The notes beneath the pieces are model-generated. The model was not told where the DNA came from and did no database searches. It saw only the letters and a program-made list of their open reading frames with translations. This document shows positions 8,039 to 15,115 of a stretch of 20,000 nucleotides of DNA, piece by piece. Position 1 is the first letter of the stretch. The number at the start of each line of letters is the position of its first letter. Made by a program: the position numbers and the translations under genes. Source of the stretch: an uncultured virus (IMG/VR IMGVR_UViG_3300042542_005136) (taxonomy: Duplodnaviria > Heunggongvirae > Uroviricota > Caudoviricetes); IMG/VR virus record IMGVR_UViG_3300042542_005136. The stretch is one strand, 5' to 3'.

Positions 8039-8788
8039 ATGCCCCTTCCTGAAATTGACTTCCCGGACAAGGAGCAGCAATTGAAATATGGCGTGAAGGT
8101 GCTTCTGGAAGCTGGAATGACGCCTCAGCAAATTGAGCACATTCGCGACAGAGTGGGAGCAGGTCCGGGCAAGATTCCCTACACCAAAGAACTCACTGGA
8201 TTGCGCCGGTATATGGTGCAGGAGCTTTTGGCGGCAAGTTTAAGCAACAGGCAAATTGCCGACATCTTGAAGCTAAGCAAAGAAACTGTTAGCGCCGATC
8301 GTCATCACAACCGCAACTTGTGGACTGCTGAAATCCTTAAGAGCCAAGACACTTGGCGGGCACGGCTAATCAAAGAACAAGGCGAACTTAAAGACAAAGC
8401 CCTCGAAAGCTTTGAACACAGCAAGCGCAAAAAAGTCACCACTTACAAGGAAGGGCCTGACGGCCCTGGCGAAACCATTGTGCGTATGGAAGAAAGTGCT
8501 GGCGAAAGCGGCTTCCTTGGCATTGCCCGTAGCTGTCTGGAGCAGCAGGCAAAGCTGATTGGCCTGTTCGATGTGAAACCACAAACGGAAGAGAAGAGCG
8601 GCTACAAAGCATTCCTTGATAATTTAAGCAAGGAAGTTCGCAAAATAAAAGAAGCTGAAAGCAATAGTGAAGTTAGAGCCACTGCCATTGATGCTGAGGC
8701 TTATTTCGACGAACAAGGAGAGCCCACTGGCCCCAGCAAGCCTTTGCTATTCGCGAATAGCGAACAGGACGATGGAGAGGAAAGTTAA
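8039..8788 (+). CDS. HTH protein, terminase small subunit-like
   Basis: HTH LSNRQIADILKLSKETVSADR; helical middle; AGESGFL...CLEQQAKLIGLFD resembles TerS-like C-terminal helices. Confidence 0.55.
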   Translation: MPLPEIDFPDKEQQLKYGVKVLLEAGMTPQQIEHIRDRVGAGPGKIPYTKELTGLRRYMVQELLAASLSNRQIADILKLSKETVSADRHHNRNLWTAEILKSQDTWRARLIKEQGELKDKALESFEHSKRKKVTTYKEGPDGPGETIVRMEESAGESGFLGIARSCLEQQAKLIGLFDVKPQTEEKSGYKAFLDNLSKEVRKIKEAESNSEVRATAIDAEAYFDEQGEPTGPSKPLLFANSEQDDGEES

Positions 8789-8800
8789 TTATTTCTTAGC

Positions 8801-8830
8801 TTGACAGGCCCTCCCGTGCATCGCTACGCT
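8801..8830 (+). promoter_or_regulatory. Sigma70-type promoter
   Basis: TTGACA-N18-TACGCT ahead of ATG 8852. Confidence 0.5.
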
Positions 8831-8851
8831 TGATGGGACTGCTTTGTCTTG

Positions 8852-9325
8852 ATGAACTTTTCGTTTGATTCTGTGGGCAACTTCCTTCGTAAAACAAGGG
8901 AAGCAAAAGCCAGCAAGCGAGCAGCGATTGACGAAGGGCTGTCCCCATTGCTCACCGATCCTTCCACCTTCGCCATTGCTCCTGACGCTGCTGACCTGCT
9001 CGAGAAAAGCTTGGAGCGCTATGGGGACGAAGCTCTCAAGGCAATGGCCATTGTGGCCCTTGGCAAGTGGGTGGAGCTGCATGGCACCTGGCTCGAGCAG
9101 CACATGCTCAATGGCGCCATCCAAGAAGCCGTATTGACTGCCTGCGACATGAACAAACTCACGCAAGCCGTCAGGCTCATGGAGGACGTGGGAAGCTTTG
9201 GAGGGGACGACGACTACAGGGCGGCCATGCGTCAGCAAATCAATCAGGCCGTGCTGGAAAGGCTCGAGGAAACTGGCGAAGAGCCTTCTGACATCTTCGA
9301 CCCCTACACCGACCCGTTGCTTTGA
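8852..9325 (+). CDS. Hypothetical protein
   Basis: 157-aa helical ORF with typical codon usage. Confidence 0.8.
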   Translation: MNFSFDSVGNFLRKTREAKASKRAAIDEGLSPLLTDPSTFAIAPDAADLLEKSLERYGDEALKAMAIVALGKWVELHGTWLEQHMLNGAIQEAVLTACDMNKLTQAVRLMEDVGSFGGDDDYRAAMRQQINQAVLERLEETGEEPSDIFDPYTDPLL

Positions 9326-9327
9326 TC

Positions 9328-9690
9328 ATGGACTCCCTCCCGCCCATGGTCACCATTTGCATTCCGCCAGTGCTGCGGAAGGAAGCAGAAGATTTAGTGG
9401 CCGAAAACCCTCCCGTGCATCCTGCCTGGCAGAAAGTGGCACAGCGTGGCCGTCATTATTCTCTTCGCACCTCCTCCATTGAAGACCTCGAAGAACTGGC
9501 CGACTGGGCCTATAGCTGGTTGATGGAGCCTGGCATGCCCTTGGACAAGACCAAACGACAAGCTTTTCAAAGCATCATCGCCAGAGCAGGCCGTCACGTT
9601 TTTCTGAAGCCCATTGGCAAAGGGCATTTCCTTGCAACTGGCTGGAAGCCGCCAAAGACCATAAGCAAGACTAATAACTCTACCCCTTGA
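9328..9690 (+). CDS. Hypothetical protein
   Basis: 120-aa ORF directly after the previous stop. Confidence 0.75.
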   Translation: MDSLPPMVTICIPPVLRKEAEDLVAENPPVHPAWQKVAQRGRHYSLRTSSIEDLEELADWAYSWLMEPGMPLDKTKRQAFQSIIARAGRHVFLKPIGKGHFLATGWKPPKTISKTNNSTP

Positions 9691-9741
9691 CTCTGCCCCA
9701 CTCTGCCCTTGATGATAGGCAAGTTCCTTCTCATTCCCTCC

Positions 9742-10083
9742 ATGGCTTCCCGCATTAAAACCGAATCATCTGGCGAAACCAGTGCCTTCACTACTGACGG
9801 CAAGCTCGTCATGAACTTTGGCAACCCTCACGTTGCATGGGGATTCTCCGTGAAAAGCCTTGAAGAATGGCTAATCACGCTTGAAGAGGCCATGTCAGTG
9901 ATGCCTGCTTGCCATAGTCGCTCCATTGAAACGCTCTATTTTTCTCTCAAGGCAGCACACAAGCGCCACCTGCAGGAGCATGAAGCAGTGATCAGCGAAG
10001 CCCCTACTTCCGACGATCTCATGGCCTACCTCACTTCTTACGCTGCCGCAATGACTTGGGAAGCAATGGAAGGGAGGAAATGA
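9742..10083 (+). CDS. Hypothetical protein
   Basis: ATG after a pyrimidine-rich leader; 113 aa. Confidence 0.75.
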   Translation: MASRIKTESSGETSAFTTDGKLVMNFGNPHVAWGFSVKSLEEWLITLEEAMSVMPACHSRSIETLYFSLKAAHKRHLQEHEAVISEAPTSDDLMAYLTSYAAAMTWEAMEGRK

Positions 10084-10256
10084 TTTCCCTGCCTGTTTGC
10101 ATGCCTTGGGAAGTGACGATCAAAAACGATGGCAATGTGAATATATTGTCTATCCTTGCTCCCACGAAAGAAAAGGCTCGCATCATTGCAGAAGAGCTTT
10201 ACCCTCATAGTCACTACGACATCCAGCTTCAGCCCGACTGGGACGACGCATCGTGA
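10080..10256 (+). CDS. Hypothetical protein
   Basis: GGAGG RBS and ATGA overlap; LAPTKEKARIIAEELYP. Confidence 0.7.
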   Translation: MISLPVCMPWEVTIKNDGNVNILSILAPTKEKARIIAEELYPHSHYDIQLQPDWDDAS

Positions 10257-10261
10257 TCACT

Positions 10262-10286
10262 GGCTCCTTCGGGAGCCTTTTTCTTT
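10262..10286 (+). terminator. Rho-independent terminator
   Basis: GGCTCC-TTCG-GGAGCC-TTTTTCTTT. Confidence 0.9.
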
Positions 10287-10448
10287 GTCCATGAATGATC
10301 ACCAGGGATGGGCTCTGTGGCATAGGTCCAGTCATCATATTCTGGATCATTCCTCAGCCATCGTGCCAAACGCTCACGCTCGCGTTCTTGTTCAGTCATT
10401 AGAAACTGGACAGCTTTCTATTGCGAGTCTAGCTGGCTTCCTATAGGC

Positions 10449-10476
10449 AAAAAAGAAGGGCCTTGCGGCCCTTCTT
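10449..10476 (-). terminator. Rho-independent terminator of the candidate ncRNA
   Basis: Minus strand AAGAAGGGCC-GCAA-GGCCCTTCTT-TTTT. Confidence 0.85.
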
Positions 10477-10481
10477 CCTTT

Positions 10482-10641
10482 GCTTGAGCTTCCGATGCCA
10501 CAGCCTCCCTCCCAAAGGGGAGCACTCCTCTCACTAGCCCATGCAATGCTAGGGACAGTCCTCGCGGAAAGTCCAGAGTGCTCAGCAGCGTCCACCCTTG
10601 CGGCGTCAGCGACGGGCCTTTCGGCCAGGACCAACTCAAGC
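10482..10641 (-). ncRNA. Candidate structured ncRNA, family unknown
   Basis: 9-bp stem closing the 5' and 3' ends, three GNRA hairpins, a perfect 8-bp internal helix; own extended -10 and terminator. Confidence 0.7.
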
Positions 10642-10647
10642 TTGCAA

Positions 10648-10656
10648 ATCATAGCA
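10648..10656 (-). promoter_or_regulatory. Extended -10 promoter (TGcTATGAT)
   Basis: Places +1 at about G10641, the first base of the closing stem. Confidence 0.6.
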
Positions 10657-10753
10657 CCACTACCAGCCACGGCAGCAAGCCTCACAATTGTGATACGGTA
10701 AACCTTGGCAGGGGCGACCCTCCGTAGTCTCACTTCTTCTTTTTCCTTTCCTG

Positions 10754-11110
10754 ATGCTTTTTCGTTTTCTTCTTTCAGCCTCCGTTGCCTTAGGCGCTCT
10801 GGTGCCTGCTGCTGCGGAGGCTAAGTCTCGCTGCGGCGAGGCCAGCTTCTACGGGCACGGTGACGGCTTTGCAGGCCAGACAATGGCTAATGGTCAGCCA
10901 ATGAACCCGCGAGCCATGATCACTGCCCACCCATCGCTTCCGCTCGGCACCCGCTTGAGAGTGGTGCGCAATGGTCGGAGCGTAATCGTCAAGGTGACTG
11001 ATAGAGGCCCTTGGTACGGTGGTAGGATTCTCGACCTGAGCTATGGCGCTTTTGCTCGCATCGCTCACCCTGGTAGCGGCCTGGCAACGGTCTGTTATCA
11101 GGTGGTGTAG
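10754..11110 (+). CDS. rlpA: RlpA-family lytic transglycosylase (DPBB domain) with signal peptide
   Basis: ASFYG, TMANG, TAHPSLPLGTRLRV, VKVTDRGP, RILDLSYGAF motifs. Confidence 0.9.
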   Translation: MLFRFLLSASVALGALVPAAAEAKSRCGEASFYGHGDGFAGQTMANGQPMNPRAMITAHPSLPLGTRLRVVRNGRSVIVKVTDRGPWYGGRILDLSYGAFARIAHPGSGLATVCYQVV

Positions 11111-11145
11111 GCACCAAGGTGGCCTAAGGGACAATGGAGGAAACC

Positions 11146-11177
11146 AAGGGCGCTTCGCATGGAGCGCCTTTTTCTTT
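11146..11177 (+). terminator. Rho-independent terminator
   Basis: AAGGGCGCTTC-GCAT-GGAGCGCCTTT then TTCTTT. Confidence 0.75.
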
Positions 11178-11265
11178 GGGCCTAGCCAGCTTCGTAACGA
11201 AAAGCAACTGAGCTCTTGCGAGATCCGGCTCGCTCGTTATCGTGCGCAGGTATCGCCTCTTAACC

Positions 11266-11430
11266 ATGCAAAGCATCATGCTGCCGCTGCTCACGCTCGC
11301 AAGCCTGGTGGCCTTGGCCACGCTACCCGTGCAGCAGCAAGACGACCTCACCGCCCTCCGCAAGTGCATGGCACTCCACCCCGAACGCTACTGCAGGCTC
11401 ACGCATGCCCCTAGTACAGTTGCACCATAA
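11266..11430 (+). CDS. Small exported protein with C-x8-C motif
   Basis: Hydrophobic N-terminus then KCMALHPERYCRLTH. Confidence 0.65.
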   Translation: MQSIMLPLLTLASLVALATLPVQQQDDLTALRKCMALHPERYCRLTHAPSTVAP

Positions 11431-11523
11431 GCAACGCTAATAGGCAAAGGGCTTCCCAAAAGGCTCTCGATGGGCAATCATAGTTTCAACGGGGCGCGAG
11501 CCTCACCATTCATCTTCCCTCCC

Positions 11524-11802
11524 ATGGACAAAACCGCTTCCGTTAAAGCTTTTATCCGCGACGCAGGCGCAGCAATCGTCTCCGTGCAGTTCGTCAAGGC
11601 TGATGGCACCTTGCGCAAACTGCAGTTTAACCCTCTCGACTCTTGCGAGATCAAGGGCACTGGCTATGCTCTCAAGAAGCCCGGCATTGTTCGCTGCCGC
11701 GACTTCACCATTGCCCGCAACAAAGGCCAGGGCGCTTGGCGTTCGTTTGATTGCGAGCGTGTGGTGAGCATCAAGAGCAATGGAAAGGAGCTGGTGTTCT
11801 GA
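11524..11802 (+). CDS. SH3/WYL-like beta-barrel protein (DUF2693-like)
   Basis: VSVQFVKADGTLR...WRSFDCERVVSIK. Confidence 0.7.
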   Translation: MDKTASVKAFIRDAGAAIVSVQFVKADGTLRKLQFNPLDSCEIKGTGYALKKPGIVRCRDFTIARNKGQGAWRSFDCERVVSIKSNGKELVF

Positions 11803-11804
11803 CC

Positions 11805-11987
11805 ATGGCAGTTCTTGATCGCGACAACGTTTGGAGCCTTTGGGCGCTGTCGGGCACGGCATGGGCCATGCTCGATTCCAACCCTGACAGGCAAGCCCTA
11901 GAACGACAAGCCAGAAGCCTCAAGGCCGTGTTCATCACCAAAACGTTCATGGTGGTGCAGGGCACGCAGAGCCCAGACCGTTTGTAA
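11805..11987 (+). CDS. Hypothetical protein
   Basis: 60 aa, directly after the previous stop. Confidence 0.65.
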   Translation: MAVLDRDNVWSLWALSGTAWAMLDSNPDRQALERQARSLKAVFITKTFMVVQGTQSPDRL

Positions 11988-12071
11988 ACAATTGTTACGG
12001 AGGGGCTGACCAGGCCCCTCCTGCCTGTACATTACTTGCAACGGGCCGCGAGGTCCACCCTCTCCAGAATC

Positions 12072-12290
12072 ATGAAGCACTATTCCTCCTATGAAGCCCG
12101 CCTGGAAGCCGACCGTCGAGCCCAGCATTCTGGCTATGGCATCAGGAAGTTCCATTGCGCTGATGGCACCATTAAATGGGAAGCCTATGGCTGGGAGCGC
12201 CTGACTGAGCTGACTACGCACACCACTTCCTACGGTCTATTCGACCACAAGTGGGAAGCTGAATACTATTTCAACTCCATCGTTCATTGA
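12072..12290 (+). CDS. Hypothetical protein
   Basis: ATG after a cassette leader; YGLFDHKWEAE. Confidence 0.75.
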   Translation: MKHYSSYEARLEADRRAQHSGYGIRKFHCADGTIKWEAYGWERLTELTTHTTSYGLFDHKWEAEYYFNSIVH

Positions 12291-12292
12291 TC

Positions 12293-12583
12293 ATGAAATA
12301 TATTTCTCGCGAAGAACTATTGGCCGTAGGCGCTTCACTCTCTTGGGCCGATGCCACTGTTTTCACTGGCAAGCTTTACGATCAGGCATTTTCTCAAAGC
12401 TGCCGCAATGGCAGCAGCGCCGGAGGCTTTGCTTCTGGAGAGTTCAATGGGAAAGAAGTAAGCTGCTGGATTGTTCCTCGGTGCATGGGCCGTGGTCGCT
12501 GGAGCAGCACCACGCTTTGGAAAGTCAATGGTAAGCGAGTGGCGCAGAAGAAGCTGATCGACGCTGTTTGTGAAGCTTTGTAA
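12293..12583 (+). CDS. Hypothetical protein
   Basis: 96 aa, ends WKVNGKRVAQKKL... Confidence 0.7.
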   Translation: MKYISREELLAVGASLSWADATVFTGKLYDQAFSQSCRNGSSAGGFASGEFNGKEVSCWIVPRCMGRGRWSSTTLWKVNGKRVAQKKLIDAVCEAL

Positions 12584-12656
12584 CAAGCAGGGGGCCTCGG
12601 CCCCTCTTGCCTGTATTGTTCCTTTGTCCGGCGGCGACGCCCTTTCCTTTCCTCCC

Positions 12657-12917
12657 ATGGCAACCATTCCCACCATCCACCTCAACGGCACCGGCTTCAC
12701 CGACCTGCGCGATGGTTACGCTGCTGCGTACGATGCCATCGACAAGGCCATTGATGCTCTGGCTGCTGCTGAGCTCAACGGCCGCGACTTTTATCCTCAA
12801 GGGCCTGATGCCTACTACCAGGCCCGCAAGGAGCGTGATCAGGCCTTCGAGCAGCTTCGTACTGCCCATGCCTACGTGGGCGAAATACTGGCCGGCATTT
12901 GTGATCAGCGGCGTTGA
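12657..12917 (+). CDS. Hypothetical phage protein
   Basis: PTIHLNGT...NGRDFYPQG motifs; ATG after a cassette leader. Confidence 0.8.
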   Translation: MATIPTIHLNGTGFTDLRDGYAAAYDAIDKAIDALAAAELNGRDFYPQGPDAYYQARKERDQAFEQLRTAHAYVGEILAGICDQRR

Positions 12918-13021
12918 TTGTGACGATAAGCAACAGTGATGGTTCAGGGGCTGGCAACAGCCCCCCTTTTGCTCTATTGTTCCTTTGTTCGGAGGCGCGA
13001 GCTTCCACCATCTTTAAGATC

Positions 13022-13240
13022 ATGACCTGTCCTCTCTGGGGCGACCTGACCAAACTGGCCGACTACGCCCTCGATAATGCTCATTCCATTGCCCTCCAGC
13101 GTTCCAGCTTTGACGAAGGCTGTGCAGCAGCTCTGCCTTTCATCAAAGCCGAAATGGACAAGCGATGGGAGAACGGCGGCAAGGCTGCTTTTCAGGCGAT
13201 GCTCAACAAAGAATTTGGAGATCGCGCAGTTCAGCTTTGA
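13022..13240 (+). CDS. Hypothetical protein
   Basis: ATG after a cassette leader; 72 aa. Confidence 0.7.
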   Translation: MTCPLWGDLTKLADYALDNAHSIALQRSSFDEGCAAALPFIKAEMDKRWENGGKAAFQAMLNKEFGDRAVQL

Positions 13241-13335
13241 TTGTTAAGCATTGTTACAGGCCCCTTTCCAGGGGCCTCTCCTGCTCTATTGTTCTTTCAA
13301 CGAGCCGAGAGGCTCACTGCCACGTTCTCAAGATC

Positions 13336-13512
13336 ATGCAAACCGTCGCTCTCTTCCGGCTCTTTGAACAAACCCCCGATGGGGCCATTCGCCAGTGTGG
13401 CTTCACTGGCCCAGACCATGAAGAAGCCCTGCTCTGGCAAAAGGAAATGCAGCAGTGTTTCCCGGCCAATCGCCACTGGATACGACCAGTGTTCAATCAT
13501 GCAGGTGCCTAA
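13336..13512 (+). CDS. Hypothetical protein
   Basis: ATG after a cassette leader; 58 aa. Confidence 0.65.
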   Translation: MQTVALFRLFEQTPDGAIRQCGFTGPDHEEALLWQKEMQQCFPANRHWIRPVFNHAGA

Positions 13513-13660
13513 TCACCAGCACAACAGCGGCAAGCCTCCCAAGCGGAGGCTTAAGCCGCAAGCCCTCAGGGCCGCTAGAGCCCGCAGACAAGCCCTTCTT
13601 AACCGGCTTCACCATGCAAGACGCAATCAACATCCTGGCCATCAGCAACAGAGGCCGTAG
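13499..13660 (+). CDS. Small Arg/Lys-rich protein
   Basis: MQVPNHQHNSGKPPKRRLKPQALRAARARRQALLNRL; resembles short basic cyanophage hypotheticals. Confidence 0.6.
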   Translation: MQVPNHQHNSGKPPKRRLKPQALRAARARRQALLNRLHHARRNQHPGHQQQRP

Positions 13661-13802
13661 CCGCATTGGCACCACTATCACTACTGCCATTGTTGAACAA
13701 GATCACCACGATAAACTGTTCATCGTGCTGCCGCAGTTCAATCAATGTCGATGGATAAAGAAAACAAACGATCCTGATTTTCGCATCATCGGAGAAGACT
13801 AA
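13614..13802 (+). CDS. Hypothetical protein
   Basis: 62 aa, RWIKKTNDPDF; TAATG coupling to the next gene. Confidence 0.7.
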   Translation: MQDAINILAISNRGRSRIGTTITTAIVEQDHHDKLFIVLPQFNQCRWIKKTNDPDFRIIGED

Positions 13803-13975
13803 TGATTCGTTCAGTGTTTTATTTTGCTTCTGAAGATGGCTACGAAGATTATGCTCTCACCATTGAAGAGCGTGATCAGCTAAAGACCATCTACGAAGCT
13901 GCTGGCACCTCGTTCGTCATCAAGACACTGCCAAGCGATGAAGAAGACTACGAGCCCCTTTACGAACCCTTTTGA
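13802..13975 (+). CDS. Small acidic protein (57 aa)
   Basis: Manual translation MIRSVFYFASEDGYEDYALTIEERDQLK...EEDYEPLYEPF; fills the gap between neighbours. Confidence 0.65.
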   Translation: MIRSVFYFASEDGYEDYALTIEERDQLKTIYEAAGTSFVIKTLPSDEEDYEPLYEPF

Positions 13976-13978
13976 ACC

Positions 13979-14305
13979 ATGAAAACCACTATGCGCCCCA
14001 AGGCAAAAGCGACCATCCGCACCTTTCAAGACAACGGCCCCTACTTCTCTGCAACAAAAGGCTGCTACCAAGCAACGAGCCTTGAAGAGCTTCTGTTCCA
14101 CACCAGACTGGCCATGGAAGACCGGGAAGATACCATTGCCATCTTTGATACAGAAGGCTCTTGCAAGGGCCTCTGGAGGCTTTCTATGGAAGGGCATGTG
14201 GACAGCGCTGGTGATAGCATTGTCGACCACGAAGGCTACGAGCTGATGCGCCCTGATACGAAGGAGCAATGGATGTGGAACAAGCTTGTGGAGGAAGTGA
14301 AATAA
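13979..14305 (+). CDS. Hypothetical protein
   Basis: 108 aa, TAATG coupling. Confidence 0.75.
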   Translation: MKTTMRPKAKATIRTFQDNGPYFSATKGCYQATSLEELLFHTRLAMEDREDTIAIFDTEGSCKGLWRLSMEGHVDSAGDSIVDHEGYELMRPDTKEQWMWNKLVEEVK

Positions 14306-14718
14306 TGGGCACTAACTATTTCTTGCATGCTCCTGCTTGCGAGCATTGCGGCAAAGAGCCGGAAGAGCCCTTGCACCTTGGCAAAAGCTCGGCAGGATGG
14401 TGCTTTGGCTTGCACGTGTACCCCGAAAAAGATTTACACAATTGGGGCGATATATGGAGCCATATTCATTACAGGGTGGAAGAAAAAGATTATGAAATCA
14501 GAAACGAGTATGGAGATTCTATTGATCCTGCTCTTTTCTTTTCTATTGTTTGGGACAGGAAAGGACAGCCAGAAAAGCTTCTCGACAAGAAATGGTTAGC
14601 AGACAATCACGCTACGATTGGCCCTTGTGGGCTTGCCAGGCATGCCTTGTATCCTGGCCATTGCATTGGTCATGGTGGCGACGGCCCTTTTGATTACATT
14701 ATTGGAGAATTCTCATGA
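14305..14718 (+). CDS. Conserved phage protein (MGTNY / HLGKSSAGW type)
   Basis: MGTNYFL..CEHCG..LHLGKSSAGWCF..NEYG...GEFS. Confidence 0.8.
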   Translation: MGTNYFLHAPACEHCGKEPEEPLHLGKSSAGWCFGLHVYPEKDLHNWGDIWSHIHYRVEEKDYEIRNEYGDSIDPALFFSIVWDRKGQPEKLLDKKWLADNHATIGPCGLARHALYPGHCIGHGGDGPFDYIIGEFS

Positions 14719-14894
14719 TTGACGATGATTCACTTTCGCATTTCGTTGAGGACTGGTGGAGAGGCATGGTGCTTTACGATCCTGACACCAAAGACTATGT
14801 GGACAATATCTTCAAAAACATTCACAAACAGCATTTTGTTGATTTCTTGCGGGATGCCTTAGCTGAATTTGGTGATCATCATGATTCTCATTGA
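14715..14894 (+). CDS. Hypothetical protein (59 aa)
   Basis: GGAG RBS and ATGA overlap; MIDDDSLSHFVEDWWRG... Confidence 0.65.
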   Translation: MIDDDSLSHFVEDWWRGMVLYDPDTKDYVDNIFKNIHKQHFVDFLRDALAEFGDHHDSH

Positions 14895-15036
14895 TTTCTT
14901 CACGGAAGCCTGCTGCAAAGGCACTGAACTTGTGGAAGGCTGGTACTGGTATGAAGACGATGGAGAAGAAGTGGGAGGGCCGTATAGAGACGAAGAAGCC
15001 GCTATTGAAGCGGCTCAGGAGCAGAAAGGCTGGTGA
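14881..15036 (+). CDS. Small acidic protein (51 aa)
   Basis: MILIDFFTEACCKGTELVEGWYWYEDDGEEVGGPYRDEEAAIEAAQEQKGW. Confidence 0.65.
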   Translation: MILIDFFTEACCKGTELVEGWYWYEDDGEEVGGPYRDEEAAIEAAQEQKGW

Positions 15037-15115
15037 TTCTGCGTTAGCATGGCAAAACGACGCAGGACTGGCATCCCACGTCGTTTCTAACCACTACCAA
15101 AAGAGAGGTTTGGCC

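Larger units (their letters stand above)
11418..13316 (+). repeat. Five dispersed promoter cassettes (HLR1-like box, -10, GNRA leader hairpin)
   Basis: Boxes at 11418, 11981, 12567, 12917, 13240; -10 hexamers at 11476, 12028, 12614, 12975, 13287. Confidence 0.75.

Noticed and set aside
10291..10446. 51-aa plus-strand ORF after the terminator
   Set aside because: Lies between convergent terminators with no clear promoter or recognisable motif.
10563..10580. GGAAAGTCC resembling RNase P RNA conserved region I on the plus strand
   Set aside because: No matching 3' P4 strand, element too short, and promoter, terminator and GNRA loops all indicate the minus strand.
10600..10630. Hammerhead ribozyme suggested by GGCC-GAAA-GGCC
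   Set aside because: CUGANGA and GAAA core nucleotides are not in the required positions.
11981..13257. NtcA boxes in the cassette promoters
   Set aside because: GTA/TAC spacing is N9, not N8; the direct-repeat reading fits the copies better.
14891..15115. N-terminal extension of the HNH ORF in the track
   Set aside because: A better ORF (14881-15036) overlaps in another frame, and an RBS plus the NUMOD4 start point to ATG 15116.
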